The position numbers and the translations under genes are program-made. Shown one piece after another: positions 17,478-29,534 of a DNA stretch of 64,000 bases. The notes beneath the pieces are model-generated. The model had not been told where the DNA came from. It worked only from the letters and a program-made list of their open reading frames with translations, and did no database searches. Within the stretch, counting starts at the first letter, position 1; every line of letters starts with the position of its first letter. The stretch is from the sequence record MW286157.1; one strand, 5' to 3'. Origin of the DNA: Escherichia phage vB_EcoM-BECP11.

Positions 17478-20400
17478 CTATTTTAACCTGTGTTGGATTT
17501 TCAGGGTCTCTTGGATTTCCTATATTATCTTTTAGACGTTTATTAACTAAATTCCTAAATTGTGCAAATGTTGTTCCAGATGCATCAAATAGAGGACTCA
17601 TTAATTTACGTCGTTCAGATGGCAATTGACCTTGAAATATTGAATTATTATTTTCAGCATTATAGTCATCAGGAAGAGGATATTCTACACCAGCCATTGG
17701 GCCAGGTTCATAAATTGCTTCGCCTGTTACTGAATCATGCTCAATTTCACCGGTTGGAGTCAATTTGGCTACTCTATCAGCATATTCAGTAGGCAATCCA
17801 GAATCCCATTTATAGTTTTTGTATTTATTAATTATAGTCTCTGTATGTTTAAGAGTTAAACCAACATTAATAAACATTGTTAAAAGGGTAATTGCTATAA
17901 ATCCAAATCCTACTGGATGAACAAAACGAATAACGTCAGATTTCCAGCGGGAAGAAGGTAAATTGGATTTAATTTTCATTACATAATATGATCTACTTCT
18001 ATTAATATAGTCTATATTATTTTGAAGCAAATCCTTTCCTTTAACCCCACGAATAATTTCGCCTTCAAAACCTGGAAGTCTTTCTGCTTTAACTTCTTGC
18101 CCTGCTATTAAACGCCCCAAAAGATTATGTATAGTCACGGTCCATTGCAATTTACCATTAGAATAGCTTCTTTCTATATAAGTAACATTACATCTTCCTG
18201 TAGCTGTATAAATCGTTTGTCCTACTAAATCTTCTGTAAGAGAATCAGATTGAATGATTACATCATATTCAGTACCTGCTCCCGATTCAATTTCAATTTC
18301 AACTTCTTCATTATAAAGAACTTTAAAAAGAAATTTATATGATGCTTCAATTCCTTTAGTAGAATAAAAATCATAGCTACGTGATTCAAAAAATCTTGCA
18401 ACAGCATCGCGTTTGTCAGCATTTAAATAAATGTTTCTTTTATATATTTCTGACCATAAATATTCCCACGCATGCTCTTCTCGCGGATATTGGTTACGAA
18501 TTAAATTTCGTAAATTGTTATACTGAGTTCCATATCCGTCAGAAAGATATTGAATATATGCTTCACAAAATGCCTCAAAATTAGAATCTTGTAACAAATA
18601 AGAATCAGGCATCATTGTGCCAATCAATGGTCTTAAATCAGGGTCAGCTAATCCACGTTCTTCTTCTGGTGACCAAGGAGTTTCGCGCTCTTGGTTTTGT
18701 AAAAATGCTTTTAAAAATACTTCAGTTGGCTTCCAAATAATTTCTACTGTATCTCTCACACGATAGTTAAAATCATAATAAGAAATTATTTCGCCAGAAG
18801 ATTTGTAGAAAAGCATCCCAGATGCATATTTTTTAAATCCGGTGAATTTAACATTTGGCATTACTATAGTGCAATCGCCATCATCCCAGTATTCATGAAC
18901 TAATCTATCTGGTGATGTTTCCGGAATATTTTCTATAACTTTAGTGTATTTTAAATCAGCATAAACTACTACAGCTTTATCAGAGTTGTTTATCCAACAA
19001 CGAGTGTTAGATTTTTTAGACCAATTAAAGAACGGTTCTGCGTAGTATTTCATCGGTTGAGGAGTAAAAGTCTCCCAATCAGATTTTTCATCCGCTATAA
19101 ACGCCATCATATGATAATGTTTATCAGCTAACCATTCGCGAGGAAATTCATATTTAACAGCACCGATTAACTGGTATTTTACAGCAGTTTCAGGGTCATT
19201 AACAACGTTATCACTTAAAAATTTAAAATTACTCGAAGACAGAGAAACTAATTTACCATCAGTTGACATGTTTGCGTATCCAGGTTGAATACGTCTTCTT
19301 TCTTCTTCGGTATTACCGAAAACTCTTTTCCATGTTTTCGTGTCTTGATTTAAAACATATATTCCTTTATCAGCGGAATCAATTATTTTTGATGTTCTAG
19401 GATTAGCATTTAATGTTTCAACTTCACCAATAATAAGAGCAAAAACTTTATCACCAATAGAATCCATTTTATAGCATACAGCTTTAGGATTTCCAGTTAT
19501 AGTCATTGTATCAGGTTCAAAAAGTCTTTCCGAGTATGTTGGTGATAACGGGTCAGAATCTATAGGTGCATTACTCGTTTTTATATATCTAACTTTATCT
19601 CTGGCAACAACATAGATATAATCATCCGTACAAGTAATAGCCTCAGCTATACGATATACATTCGCTGGTAAAGTCGCATAAGTAGCGAAGATTTCAACAT
19701 CGAATCCTAAATGAAGTTGGTCTCCTAATTTAGCAAATGTTATATCCTGTGAACTGAATCTGACATCATCTGCTGACCATCTAACATCAGTCGATTTACG
19801 GCCATAGAAAATCTTATCGTATCCTAGAACGTATGTTGTGTTTGCAGATTGGTAATATACAGTCTTAGATAAAGGATATCCTACACGGTCATTGAAGAGC
19901 TTTACAGCTTTCCAAGTTTGTCCTTTATCATTTGATACTTTAACTACGGGTTGATAGCGCTCAAAAAGATATAGAATCCCTTCTGATTCCATCAAATAAA
20001 CTCGGTTAATATCCTTACATACTTGCTGAATAGAACCTTGTATTTCATGATACTCGTTTTCACCAATAATAAAATTACTGATTGATGAGACATCAGCATA
20101 CGATGGGCTGAACTGAAATGATTCATTCATTAACGCAGCCATTATTGTGTCATTATTGAAATTGACATAATTAGAATTATTAAGAGTGAACTTTTCCTGA
20201 ATGAATTTATTAGCTAATTGCATTTCAATCATATTTTGAAATGTGTAAGCATTCGTAGCAAAAGTTTCAAACTCTTCTGTATAAATCCAATCAGACTGCT
20301 CAAAATCTTGCGCAGCTGTAGCTACTCTGATAATGTATGATGTCAATGGATCAGCATCATCAAAAAAGAAACTATTATTTGCTGTATATCCTAAATTAAT

Positions 20401-20568
20401 CCAACGATATTGATTACTCGGGAGATTTTCTCCCGAGTTTGATTTTGTCTCAGCGATTTCTACAAAGTAGTAGAAATTAGCACCAACGTCATCCCAGCGT
20501 ACTTGCACCTGATTTGCGGATAACTTGGAAATTCTGAGACTAGTGACTGAAGGTGCTTTTACTGTCAT
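17470..20568 (-). CDS. 7: baseplate wedge protein gp7
   Basis: 1032 aa, T4 length and synteny. Confidence 0.9.
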   Translation of the reverse strand: MTVKAPSVTSLRISKLSANQVQVRWDDVGANFYYFVEIAETKSNSGENLPSNQYRWINLGYTANNSFFFDDADPLTSYIIRVATAAQDFEQSDWIYTEEFETFATNAYTFQNMIEMQLANKFIQEKFTLNNSNYVNFNNDTIMAALMNESFQFSPSYADVSSISNFIIGENEYHEIQGSIQQVCKDINRVYLMESEGILYLFERYQPVVKVSNDKGQTWKAVKLFNDRVGYPLSKTVYYQSANTTYVLGYDKIFYGRKSTDVRWSADDVRFSSQDITFAKLGDQLHLGFDVEIFATYATLPANVYRIAEAITCTDDYIYVVARDKVRYIKTSNAPIDSDPLSPTYSERLFEPDTMTITGNPKAVCYKMDSIGDKVFALIIGEVETLNANPRTSKIIDSADKGIYVLNQDTKTWKRVFGNTEEERRRIQPGYANMSTDGKLVSLSSSNFKFLSDNVVNDPETAVKYQLIGAVKYEFPREWLADKHYHMMAFIADEKSDWETFTPQPMKYYAEPFFNWSKKSNTRCWINNSDKAVVVYADLKYTKVIENIPETSPDRLVHEYWDDGDCTIVMPNVKFTGFKKYASGMLFYKSSGEIISYYDFNYRVRDTVEIIWKPTEVFLKAFLQNQERETPWSPEEERGLADPDLRPLIGTMMPDSYLLQDSNFEAFCEAYIQYLSDGYGTQYNNLRNLIRNQYPREEHAWEYLWSEIYKRNIYLNADKRDAVARFFESRSYDFYSTKGIEASYKFLFKVLYNEEVEIEIESGAGTEYDVIIQSDSLTEDLVGQTIYTATGRCNVTYIERSYSNGKLQWTVTIHNLLGRLIAGQEVKAERLPGFEGEIIRGVKGKDLLQNNIDYINRSRSYYVMKIKSNLPSSRWKSDVIRFVHPVGFGFIAITLLTMFINVGLTLKHTETIINKYKNYKWDSGLPTEYADRVAKLTPTGEIEHDSVTGEAIYEPGPMAGVEYPLPDDYNAENNNSIFQGQLPSERRKLMSPLFDASGTTFAQFRNLVNKRLKDNIGNPRDPENPTQVKIDE

Positions 20569-22547
20569 TGTGATATAGGCTCCAAATCGATAGTTAAGTA
20601 TTGTGGACGTAAGTCATTTTCAAATACAATCAGTGAACCATCGCGAGTAAAGATAACATCATCGGTTGGGTCAGAATATAATTCAATAGTCTGAACTTCA
20701 AATTTTTCAGATGTTAAATTAATTTTAGCGATATTCCAATAAATTGTATCGGCTGGATAGTTTATTTCACCGATAACATAGTATTTGTCGCGTCCATCAG
20801 AATTTGCTAATTTGTTAAAATCGTTGCCTGTATACGGCTGAATGTTTTCATTTTCTGTAACATCGCCAGAAGCAAATGGACCAATAATAACTTTACCAAT
20901 TCCTTTAGAATCTCTGTCAGTTGATACTATACGAACATCGTATAATACATCTTCTTCTAAACCAGTATCAGGATTTACAACTTTTCGTCCAGAATTAAAT
21001 GAAAACGTATTAGATTCCATAGAACGGTCTTTTATTTGATTATTATATTTAATACCCGCTTCAGGTGTTTTATAGAAGTTTTGTACTTCACGAACAATTT
21101 GAATTGTCGCTGATGAACCAATGATAGAATGATCTGCATCATCTACATAAGTTAACATCTTAGACTTAGCGAAAGATGAGTTAAAAATTTCTACATCTTC
21201 AGTATAATAGCGGTCAATTTTATCAATTATTTGACCTTCAAGCCACTGTTCAGATTCTTGCAGCTTATTTAAAGCATATGTGACTTTTAAATTAGTCTTA
21301 ATAAAAAGATAATTAGGAGAAATAATTGATGGTGTAATAGGTGCTAAATTATAATCTTTGAGATAATTTTTAATATCTTCACGCTGCACAGTAGTTAAAT
21401 ACAATCCTGATTTAGGTTTAGCAGCAATAAATGCATAACCAGGTTTAGTAGAATCAGTGAAAGTCTGAACAGCTTGAATAATAGAACCAAATCTTTCTGA
21501 GACAAATGTATCATAATCAGTTGCGGTTACGCAGCGTTGCTGGGTTTCGCGTTTAATAGTACCTAATTCGCGAATACGCTCAATATCTTCTGGATCACCG
21601 CCGCCATCTGCTCCGACAAAATCTGGGTCGTCGTTTGGATTTTCATTAATATTGATGACAGTTATATTTGTTAATGTATCTGCATACGAAAATCCGACTG
21701 CGCCGTTTGCATCTGCACCGTTAGTACTGATGTACTCAATAACAATTGTAGAGTTCTGGGTAGGTTTAAGACCTCCAATATAATTAGCGGTCAATGCTCC
21801 TTCTGCCGCATTAACGGAAATCTCACCTTCACCAAAATAAAATTCAGTATTTCCATCAATAGTTTCACGCATGTAGTAAATTGTTGATGTAGAACCAGCA
21901 TGGACCATTGACTTTCTTGTCCAGTTAATCCATTCTGCTCCATCAACATACAGCTTAACTTGGTTTCTATCAATATTTTTATCATAAATGATAATAGGTG
22001 TTAATTTATCATAAATGATTTCAGTTCTTACTATACGTCCCTGGGCCAATTTTAAACGTGGAAAATATTGGTTATTTTTATCACGAATAGCAATAACGTC
22101 TTCGGTAGAAACGAAGTTATATGGATTAACAGAAGTATCTTTTGCATATGCTAAAAAGCGAGTTCCGCGAGGAATTGTGATGTAATTCCTATTCAATGCG
22201 TCAGTGCATGTTAACATAATTTCGGTCTGCGCAGCGGATTTTGAAGTAGGTAAATATCCGTTATCTTGTGCAGCTTGAACAACTGAACTTCGTAAGTTAG
22301 CAGTACGCATAAAGCTTTCATACACAGCAGCATTACCAAACTGCTGAATGTACAGCGTATTATAAGCCAAAAGGTCACACAGAACGTTTAATCTTGAGCC
22401 TTCAAAATCATAATCCAAAAATTCATTTTGGCCATTAAGCCATTCAATGAGGTTTTGTTTTATTTCAGCAAACGTACCCCCGACGAATATCTCGGGAATA
22501 GCATTTGCTGTTCTTGTTAATTGATAATTTACAGGGGTATTTGCCAT
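20565..22547 (-). CDS. 6: baseplate wedge protein gp6
   Basis: 660 aa, T4 length and synteny. Confidence 0.9.
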   Translation of the reverse strand: MANTPVNYQLTRTANAIPEIFVGGTFAEIKQNLIEWLNGQNEFLDYDFEGSRLNVLCDLLAYNTLYIQQFGNAAVYESFMRTANLRSSVVQAAQDNGYLPTSKSAAQTEIMLTCTDALNRNYITIPRGTRFLAYAKDTSVNPYNFVSTEDVIAIRDKNNQYFPRLKLAQGRIVRTEIIYDKLTPIIIYDKNIDRNQVKLYVDGAEWINWTRKSMVHAGSTSTIYYMRETIDGNTEFYFGEGEISVNAAEGALTANYIGGLKPTQNSTIVIEYISTNGADANGAVGFSYADTLTNITVININENPNDDPDFVGADGGGDPEDIERIRELGTIKRETQQRCVTATDYDTFVSERFGSIIQAVQTFTDSTKPGYAFIAAKPKSGLYLTTVQREDIKNYLKDYNLAPITPSIISPNYLFIKTNLKVTYALNKLQESEQWLEGQIIDKIDRYYTEDVEIFNSSFAKSKMLTYVDDADHSIIGSSATIQIVREVQNFYKTPEAGIKYNNQIKDRSMESNTFSFNSGRKVVNPDTGLEEDVLYDVRIVSTDRDSKGIGKVIIGPFASGDVTENENIQPYTGNDFNKLANSDGRDKYYVIGEINYPADTIYWNIAKINLTSEKFEVQTIELYSDPTDDVIFTRDGSLIVFENDLRPQYLTIDLEPISQ

Positions 22548-22555
22548 TTTAAATC

Positions 22556-22849
22556 CTATTTAATGAATACTTTAGATGATGCCTGAGCCACAGTATCACC
22601 GCATGATATTGGATCAGCCATTTGAACAGCTTTCTTTCCAGTGACATATACCTTAGAAGTTCTAGGTTGTGTCACTCCGCCATGTGTTTCATATGGCTTT
22701 TTAATTTCTGTATGTTCTGTAATTGGATCGCCTGCTACTAGAACAGCAATTCCTCCAGTGAATACTTTACTTTGTGTAGCATTCACAACTGTTGGAGGCC
22801 ACGCTTCATGGCCAGCAGTAACACACTTATCATAACTTAATCCTGACAT
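22556..22849 (-). CDS. 5.4: PAAR-type spike tip protein gp5.4
   Basis: 97 aa Gly/Val-rich protein directly downstream of gene 5 region, as T4 5.4. Confidence 0.8.
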
Positions 22850-23407
22850 TTATGGCCTCTCATATACATAGCTTCTCAGTTTATTAGCCCAACGACTCCA
22901 ATTTCCAACTATAGTTTTAGTATAATTTTTAACGAGAGTTTTTCTTACTGGAGCAGGAGGATCCGTCGGTTCAGTAGTATCAGAAGATGACCTAGAATTA
23001 CTGCCAGAACCCCCAGATTCACTTTGTTCTTGGTAGTCATATATTAATGTTACTTCGTAAGTGAATGTCTTCTGGAGATTTTGAGGAGCTTTCCACAAAT
23101 ACAGCTGAGTATCAGAATCAGTAGGAAGTTCTTCCCATGAAGCAGCAATTTTAAATTCATCGCCTAAACGATATTTCAACGCGTCATTTCCGAAACCAAA
23201 TACAGATTCATATGTTCCATATAAGCGATTTTCTTCTACTAAAACCCCAGGAGTTTCTTCGTAACTAGTTATATTTATAGATACTAACGTTTCACCTGTT
23301 TCTAATTGAGCGGTAAAGGTGACGTCGATAGAAGAACCTTCCATGGATTCTCCTAAATCAGCGCTCATTGGAAGTATATTAGCCAATGTCAATCCTCGAT
23401 CCATCAA
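22850..23407 (-). CDS. 5.1: gp5.1-like protein
   Basis: 185 aa ORF between 5 and 5.4; start not verified. Confidence 0.65.
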
Positions 23408-25106
23408 TTGTGTATTGACCAGATGAAATAGAACTCATAGATGCCATTTTTTCTGTCCAATCACCACCAACGTCCCAATCAACTGTCCCAGCAACTTTCC
23501 AAGAAAGATTTCCATTTACTGTATTAGTCTGATTTCCTTCAACTAAAGTGGTAGCATCTCCTTTAACTGTAATGTCAGCATTACCTTCAACTACAATAGT
23601 AACATTACCTTTAACTAGGATAGTTCCATTACCTTCAACCGTCTTAGTTTCATCGCCACGTACAAATATTGTATTGCTTCCATCGATTTGATGTAAACGA
23701 TTATCCATGTTGTAATAAATTTCTGATCCACCGACGTTAGTCTTTTTATCACCGGCTACCAAAAAATTACCATCAGCATTTGTTATATCATACAAATTAT
23801 CAACAGTTTTTCTTGTTCTTCTTCCTGACGGTGATACTTCTTCATAAGTTCCAGTTGGATGAACTAATCTGTATCGTTCTTGCCCAGGGGTATCATCAAA
23901 TTCTTGGATATGTCCACTTTCAGTTTCCATCGTATGCACATAAGGATACTCACCTTTATATGAAGAAACTGGTTCTTTGAATAAAATTCTCGAGTCATTT
24001 GGAATAGGAGGATCAGCAGGGTCAGAAGATTTAGCTACAGTAGCAGCCATTGCAGATAAAGACCTAGCTGGTGTTTTCACTTCAACACCATATGATTCCA
24101 AATTTCCCGTAAGAATAATCATGGTAACACGGGATGCACGGCCTTTTGTTTGTTGATACCACAATGAATCACGACCTGCTTTATATGCTTTTTCCCAATC
24201 TCCGGCTAACATAGCAGTTAACATTGTGTTAAATTTAGCTACACCGCCAACACCCATCTGAAATGCCATATTTTCTAACGCCATTTGACGAGAACGGTTG
24301 ACAGCTTGCCAGACTGGTCCTACTTTAGAATGCGATTTAATGTCACGTTGCATATCAGCCAAATCACGCTCAAATAAAGTTACCGCTTCTTCCATTGTAA
24401 TAGAACCTGGATTTCCTGTAATTTCACGACCAACTTGTTTTGATAAAACTTTATTAATTTGAGCCATATCACGAACTGGCTGCTTCATGATAAGATGACC
24501 AATACCAATTGTCGGATATCCTTCGGTATCCCAATAAACTTTTAGTCTTAATCCTTCATCACGGCGAAGCATTTCAGCCATTGACATATTTGGATTATCA
24601 TCGGTTGGAATCTCTGATAGTGGTCTATCATCAGGATTTATTGCAGTGTCTAAGTTACTATCTTGAATAACGTTAGAAGAGGAATCATATCCTACTTCTC
24701 CGCCTTGGTTTAGTACGTTAGTATCATTTCCTAAACGTCTAGGATATTGCCCAGTTGGGTCAGAAAATCCTTCAAGTCTATTCGGTTTTTCGCGAACTAT
24801 TCCACCATACGTGCCAAGGACAATTCCGTTAGTTTTCCATTTGTCTAAAAAATGACCATAAACTCTAGTTCCTTCTACCGGACCAGTAACGGAGCCTCCA
24901 ATTCCTGACATTGCTGCAGAAGTTATAGGTTGAATAACTGACATCCATGGTAATTTTTCAGTTGGAATACCCATTACATCACCTTGTGCTCTTTGAGGTG
25001 GATGCAGACCAACAACACGAACACGAACACGACCTAATTTTAATGGGTCCATTCTATCTTCAACAACACCAACAAACCAATTAAGGTTATTACTTATCAT
25101 TTCCAT
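23379..25106 (-). CDS. 5: baseplate hub and cell-puncturing protein gp5 with lysozyme domain
   Basis: 575 aa; internal EGLRLKVYWDTEGYPTIGIGH matches the catalytic region of the e lysozyme in this window; C-terminal VxGxxxxxx beta-helix repeats. Confidence 0.95.
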   Translation of the reverse strand: MEMISNNLNWFVGVVEDRMDPLKLGRVRVRVVGLHPPQRAQGDVMGIPTEKLPWMSVIQPITSAAMSGIGGSVTGPVEGTRVYGHFLDKWKTNGIVLGTYGGIVREKPNRLEGFSDPTGQYPRRLGNDTNVLNQGGEVGYDSSSNVIQDSNLDTAINPDDRPLSEIPTDDNPNMSMAEMLRRDEGLRLKVYWDTEGYPTIGIGHLIMKQPVRDMAQINKVLSKQVGREITGNPGSITMEEAVTLFERDLADMQRDIKSHSKVGPVWQAVNRSRQMALENMAFQMGVGGVAKFNTMLTAMLAGDWEKAYKAGRDSLWYQQTKGRASRVTMIILTGNLESYGVEVKTPARSLSAMAATVAKSSDPADPPIPNDSRILFKEPVSSYKGEYPYVHTMETESGHIQEFDDTPGQERYRLVHPTGTYEEVSPSGRRTRKTVDNLYDITNADGNFLVAGDKKTNVGGSEIYYNMDNRLHQIDGSNTIFVRGDETKTVEGNGTILVKGNVTIVVEGNADITVKGDATTLVEGNQTNTVNGNLSWKVAGTVDWDVGGDWTEKMASMSSISSGQYTIDGSRIDIG

Positions 25107-25680
25107 AAGATTTCTCCATTATACGTATAAGGTCGTTCATAAATGAATTAATGTCTGATTTTGCTATTATTTTTATTTGACGAAGTTTTTCATTTTCAAG
25201 AACAGCAGCTTCATACGTATCGACCGCAGCAAGTGCTCCTTCATATTGAGGATATTTTCTAGCTTTATCACCTTTGTCATACCAAACATATGGATTATCA
25301 TCGTATGATATTAAATTGTAAAATTTTTCACCGTTCTCATTCACATGATATACTATTTGGTCTCCACCTACGTTTTTGTATTTTTGTATAGATGCTTGAT
25401 AAGCAGCTTCTTGCGAAGTAATCCATCCATAATATGGATCATAATTATCATTACACATCAATAAAACCCAATACAACTGTGGATTTCCATATATAGTATT
25501 TGCTAATTCTTCCGGGCGTGGTGAACCTTTGATATAATAAGTACGTAAGCGGTATCCCGCAAGAGCGCGTTTAAAATAGTCTTTATAGTTTCTAAAAATA
25601 TCTGTCATAGGAATAGTCGGCGCGTTTTTATTCACCGTTTTGGCCGCATATTCAATCGGATCAAAAAATGTAAAGAGCAT
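25090..25680 (-). CDS. 53: baseplate wedge protein gp53
   Basis: 196 aa, T4 length and synteny. Confidence 0.9.
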   Translation of the reverse strand: MLFTFFDPIEYAAKTVNKNAPTIPMTDIFRNYKDYFKRALAGYRLRTYYIKGSPRPEELANTIYGNPQLYWVLLMCNDNYDPYYGWITSQEAAYQASIQKYKNVGGDQIVYHVNENGEKFYNLISYDDNPYVWYDKGDKARKYPQYEGALAAVDTYEAAVLENEKLRQIKIIAKSDINSFMNDLIRIMEKSYGNDK

Positions 25681-25693
25681 GGGCCCTCCTGTT

Positions 25694-25701
25694 TATAAAT
25701 A
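25694..25701 (+). promoter_or_regulatory. late promoter TATAAATA for gene 4
   Basis: Exact TATAAATA 27 nt upstream of gene 4 ATG. Confidence 0.6.
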
Positions 25702-25708
25702 TATTATC

Positions 25709-25716
25709 TATTTATA
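25709..25716 (-). promoter_or_regulatory. late promoter TATAAATA for gene 53 (divergent from gene 4 promoter)
   Basis: Exact TATAAATA on minus strand 29 nt upstream of gene 53 ATG. Confidence 0.6.
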
Positions 25717-25727
25717 AGGAGAATCCA

Positions 25728-26180
25728 ATGGCATATTCTGGAAAATGGGTTCCTAAAAATATATCAAAGTATAGAGGTGACCCTAAAAAAATTACGTATA
25801 GATCAAATTGGGAAAAATTCTTTTTTGAATGGTTAGATAAAAATCCAGAAATTATTGCATGGGGTAGTGAAACAGCAGTAATTCCTTATTTTTGTAATGC
25901 AGAAGGGAAAAAACGTAGATACTTCATGGATATTTGGATGAAAGATTCTTCTGGACAAGAATTTTTTATTGAAATAAAACCTAAAAAAGAAACACAACCA
26001 CCAGTTAAACCAACACATCTAACAACCGCAGCGAAGAAAAGATTTATGAATGAAATTTATACCTGGTCTGTGAACACTGACAAATGGAAAGCAGCGCAAG
26101 CTTTAGCTGAAAAGCGTGGAATAAAATTTAGAATTCTAACAGAAGATGGATTACGAGCTCTTGGCTTTAAGGGGGCATAA
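25728..26180 (+). CDS. 4: head completion protein gp4
   Basis: 150 aa, SD AGGAG, T4 length and synteny. Confidence 0.9.
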   Translation: MAYSGKWVPKNISKYRGDPKKITYRSNWEKFFFEWLDKNPEIIAWGSETAVIPYFCNAEGKKRRYFMDIWMKDSSGQEFFIEIKPKKETQPPVKPTHLTTAAKKRFMNEIYTWSVNTDKWKAAQALAEKRGIKFRILTEDGLRALGFKGA

Positions 26181-27004
26181 TGGCTATTTTTCAAATAATT
26201 AATGAAAGCACTCCCCAAGTTCCAAAGGTTAAGCAATCATTAAACGAAAAGAAATGGATTCAGATAGGTCTTGAATATAAAAAGGCCAAAGCAAAAGGAA
26301 TGACAGGAAAGCAATTTGCTGAAGAAAGAGGAATCAAATACTCTACGTTTACTTCGGCAATGTCAAAATATGCTTCAGGAATTAAAACAGCTGAAAAGAT
26401 TCAAAAGCTTGAATCAAAACCAATGAATAAGCTCAATAAGCAAGAAAGACAACTGCTTATGATAAATTCATTCAGACAAACATTGCGTGATAAAATTCGT
26501 AATGAAGGCGCAGCAATTAATAATAAAACCAGAAAATGGTTTGCTGAAACTATTAAGCAAGTAAAAGGACATAAAGTTGTTCGCCCGCAGCCGGGACGAA
26601 TATATGCTTTTGCTTATGATGCTAAACACAAGGAAACTCTTCCTTACTGGGATAAATTTCCTTTGATAATTTACCTTGGTTTAGGTAAGCATAATTTAAT
26701 GTACGGATTGAACTTGCACTATATTCCACCTAAAGCTCGTCAGCAATTTCTAGAAGAGCTTTTAAAGCAATATTCAAATACACCTACTATTACTAATAAA
26801 ACGAAATTAAAAATTGATTGGAGTCAAGTGAAAGGATTTAGGGGTGCAGATCAAATGATTAAGGCATATATACCCGGTAATATTATGGGTAGCCTCGTTG
26901 AAATCGCCCCGAAAGACTGGGCGAACGTTGTGTTGATGCCACTTCAGCAGTTCGTTTCAAAAGGAAAACGTTTCTCTGCAAACAAAGTCTGGTCAAATAT
27001 CTAA
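26180..27004 (+). CDS. 2: DNA end protector protein gp2
   Basis: 274 aa, TAATG overlap with gene 4. Confidence 0.9.
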   Translation: MAIFQIINESTPQVPKVKQSLNEKKWIQIGLEYKKAKAKGMTGKQFAEERGIKYSTFTSAMSKYASGIKTAEKIQKLESKPMNKLNKQERQLLMINSFRQTLRDKIRNEGAAINNKTRKWFAETIKQVKGHKVVRPQPGRIYAFAYDAKHKETLPYWDKFPLIIYLGLGKHNLMYGLNLHYIPPKARQQFLEELLKQYSNTPTITNKTKLKIDWSQVKGFRGADQMIKAYIPGNIMGSLVEIAPKDWANVVLMPLQQFVSKGKRFSANKVWSNI

Positions 27005-27110
27005 TTCTATTATCTTCCATTCTTTTCTGTTGTTTGTTCTAAATGGAATTGAATGGAAGGGACTTAGACCCATTATACCACCAACAGTTATAAAGCATTA
27101 TGAGGAATAT

Positions 27111-27641
27111 ATGTCGCAAGCTCTGCAACAAATTTTTAACCAAGCAAATACAACTAACTTTGTAGTATCAATACCACATAGTAATACTACATCTGCTTTT
27201 ACTTTAAATGCTCAGTCAGTTCCTATTCCAGGAATTAGAATACCTGTTACTGATACCGTGACTGGGCCGTTTGGACTGGGCCGAGCACAACGTCCAGGTG
27301 TTACATTTGAGTATGATCCACTCATTGTGAGATTTATAGTTGATGAAGAACTTAAGTCATGGATAGGAATGTATGAATGGATGCTAGGAACTAGCAACTA
27401 TCTTACAGGTGAAAATACTGCCCAAAAAACAGGTCCTGAGTACATTACGCTTTACATCTTAGATAATAGCAAAACTGAAATCGTGATGTCAATAAATTTT
27501 TATAAGCCTTGGGTTTCTGACCTATCTGAAGTAGAATTTAGCTATACGGAAGATTCAGACCCGGCTTTAGTATGTACTGCAACGATTCCTTACACCTATT
27601 TTCAAGTAGAAAAAGATGGAAAAATTATAGCAGAAGTTTAA
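27111..27641 (+). CDS. 3: tail completion and sheath stabiliser gp3
   Basis: 176 aa from ATG 27111 with SD TGAGGAA; track ORF starts at an upstream ATG with no SD. Confidence 0.85.
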   Translation: MSQALQQIFNQANTTNFVVSIPHSNTTSAFTLNAQSVPIPGIRIPVTDTVTGPFGLGRAQRPGVTFEYDPLIVRFIVDEELKSWIGMYEWMLGTSNYLTGENTAQKTGPEYITLYILDNSKTEIVMSINFYKPWVSDLSEVEFSYTEDSDPALVCTATIPYTYFQVEKDGKIIAEV

Positions 27642-27665
27642 TGCTTCAGTTTTGTGTGTTATAAT
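27641..27665 (+). promoter_or_regulatory. candidate MotA-type middle promoter for gene 1
   Basis: ATGCTTCA MotA-box-like motif followed 11 bp later by TATAAT. Confidence 0.4.
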
Positions 27666-27690
27666 CTTAATTAAATTTGAGGAGAAACAC

Positions 27691-28415
27691 ATGAAACTAA
27701 TCTTTTTAAGCGGTGTAAAGCGTAGTGGAAAAGATACTACTGCTGATTTTATCATGAGCAATTATTCTGCGGTTAAATACCAACTTGCTGGTCCTATTAA
27801 GGATGCATTGGCTTATGCATGGGGAGTATTTGCAGCAAACACCGACTATCCTTGCTTAACTCGTAAAGAGTTTGAAGGAATTGACTATGATCGTGAGACT
27901 AATTTAAATCTGACTAAATTAGAAGTAATCACGATTATGGAACAAGCATTTTGCTATCTTAATGGTAAAAGCCCAATTAAGGGTGTGTTTGTTTTTGATG
28001 ACGAAGGACAAGAATCAGTTAATTCCGTAGCATTTAACAAGATTATTGACGTTATAAATAATATTGAAGATCAATGGTCAGTCCGTCGTCTGATGCAAGC
28101 CCTAGGTACGGATTTGATTGTTAATAACTTCGACCGCATGTACTGGGTAAAATTATTTGCTTTAGATTATCTTGATAAATTTAACTCAGGTTATGATTAT
28201 TATATCGTTCCTGATACCCGTCAAGATCATGAAATGGATGCGGCTAGGGCGATGGGTGCTACAGTAATTCATGTAGTTCGTCCTGGTCAAAAATCCAATG
28301 ATACACATATTACAGAAGCTGGATTGCCAATTCGTGATGGTGATTTAGTAATTACAAACGATGGTTCTCTTGAAGAACTTTTTTCTAAAATTAAAAATAC
28401 ACTAAAGGTACTATA

Positions 28416-28416
<1 letters not shown>
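27691..28416 (+). CDS. 1: deoxynucleoside monophosphate kinase gp1
   Basis: 241 aa from MKLIFLSGVKRSGKDT (P-loop), SD GAGGAG. Confidence 0.9.
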
Positions 28417-29101
<685 letters not shown>

Positions 29102-29113
29102 TTTCACAAAGTT

Positions 29114-29143
29114 GTTTACATGCTGATGAGGTAGTGATACTAT
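29114..29143 (+). promoter_or_regulatory. T4-type early promoter for ipI
   Basis: TTCACAAAGTTGTTTACA then TGATACTAT -10; -10 lies inside an inverted repeat GATGAGGTA...TACCTCATC. Confidence 0.65.
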
Positions 29144-29173
29144 TACCTCATCAAAATTAATTAGGAAAATAAA

Positions 29174-29458
29174 ATGAAAACTTATCAAGAATTCACTTCA
29201 ACCACTAACGCTTCTACTTTGACTGAAGCGACCCTTACTTCTGAAGTTATTAAAGCAAACAAAGGACGTGAAGGTAAACCGATGATTAGCCTGGTTGATG
29301 GCGAAGAAGTCAAAGGTACTGTTTACCTGGGTGATGGATGGTCCGCTAAGAAAGATGGTGCTACAATCGTTATCTCCCCTGCTGAAGAAACTGCTTTGTT
29401 TAAAGCCAAGCATATTTCAGTAGCTCAGCTTAAAATTATTGCTAAAAATCTTTTGTAA
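29174..29458 (+). CDS. ipI: internal protein I (injected anti-restriction protein family)
   Basis: 94 aa starting MKTYQEF capsid-targeting sequence with L-x-E gp21 cleavage motif (LTE). Confidence 0.85.
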   Translation: MKTYQEFTSTTNASTLTEATLTSEVIKANKGREGKPMISLVDGEEVKGTVYLGDGWSAKKDGATIVISPAEETALFKAKHISVAQLKIIAKNLL

Positions 29459-29476
29459 TAAATTTTTCACAAAGTT

Positions 29477-29506
29477 GTTTACATAGGGTTTTAGTTGTGA
29501 TACTAT
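29477..29506 (+). promoter_or_regulatory. T4-type early promoter
   Basis: TTCACAAAGTTGTTTACA ... TGATACTAT, nearly identical to the ipI promoter. Confidence 0.65.
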
Positions 29507-29534
29507 TACCCTATCAACTACTGAGGAGAATAAA

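Noticed and set aside
27030-27110. Longer N-terminal extensions from the ORF track (gp3 from 27030, gp1 from 27652, gp11 from 13756, gp20 from 2462)
   Set aside because: The upstream starts lack Shine-Dalgarno sequences or are TTG codons; the downstream ATG with SD reproduces the known T4 protein lengths.
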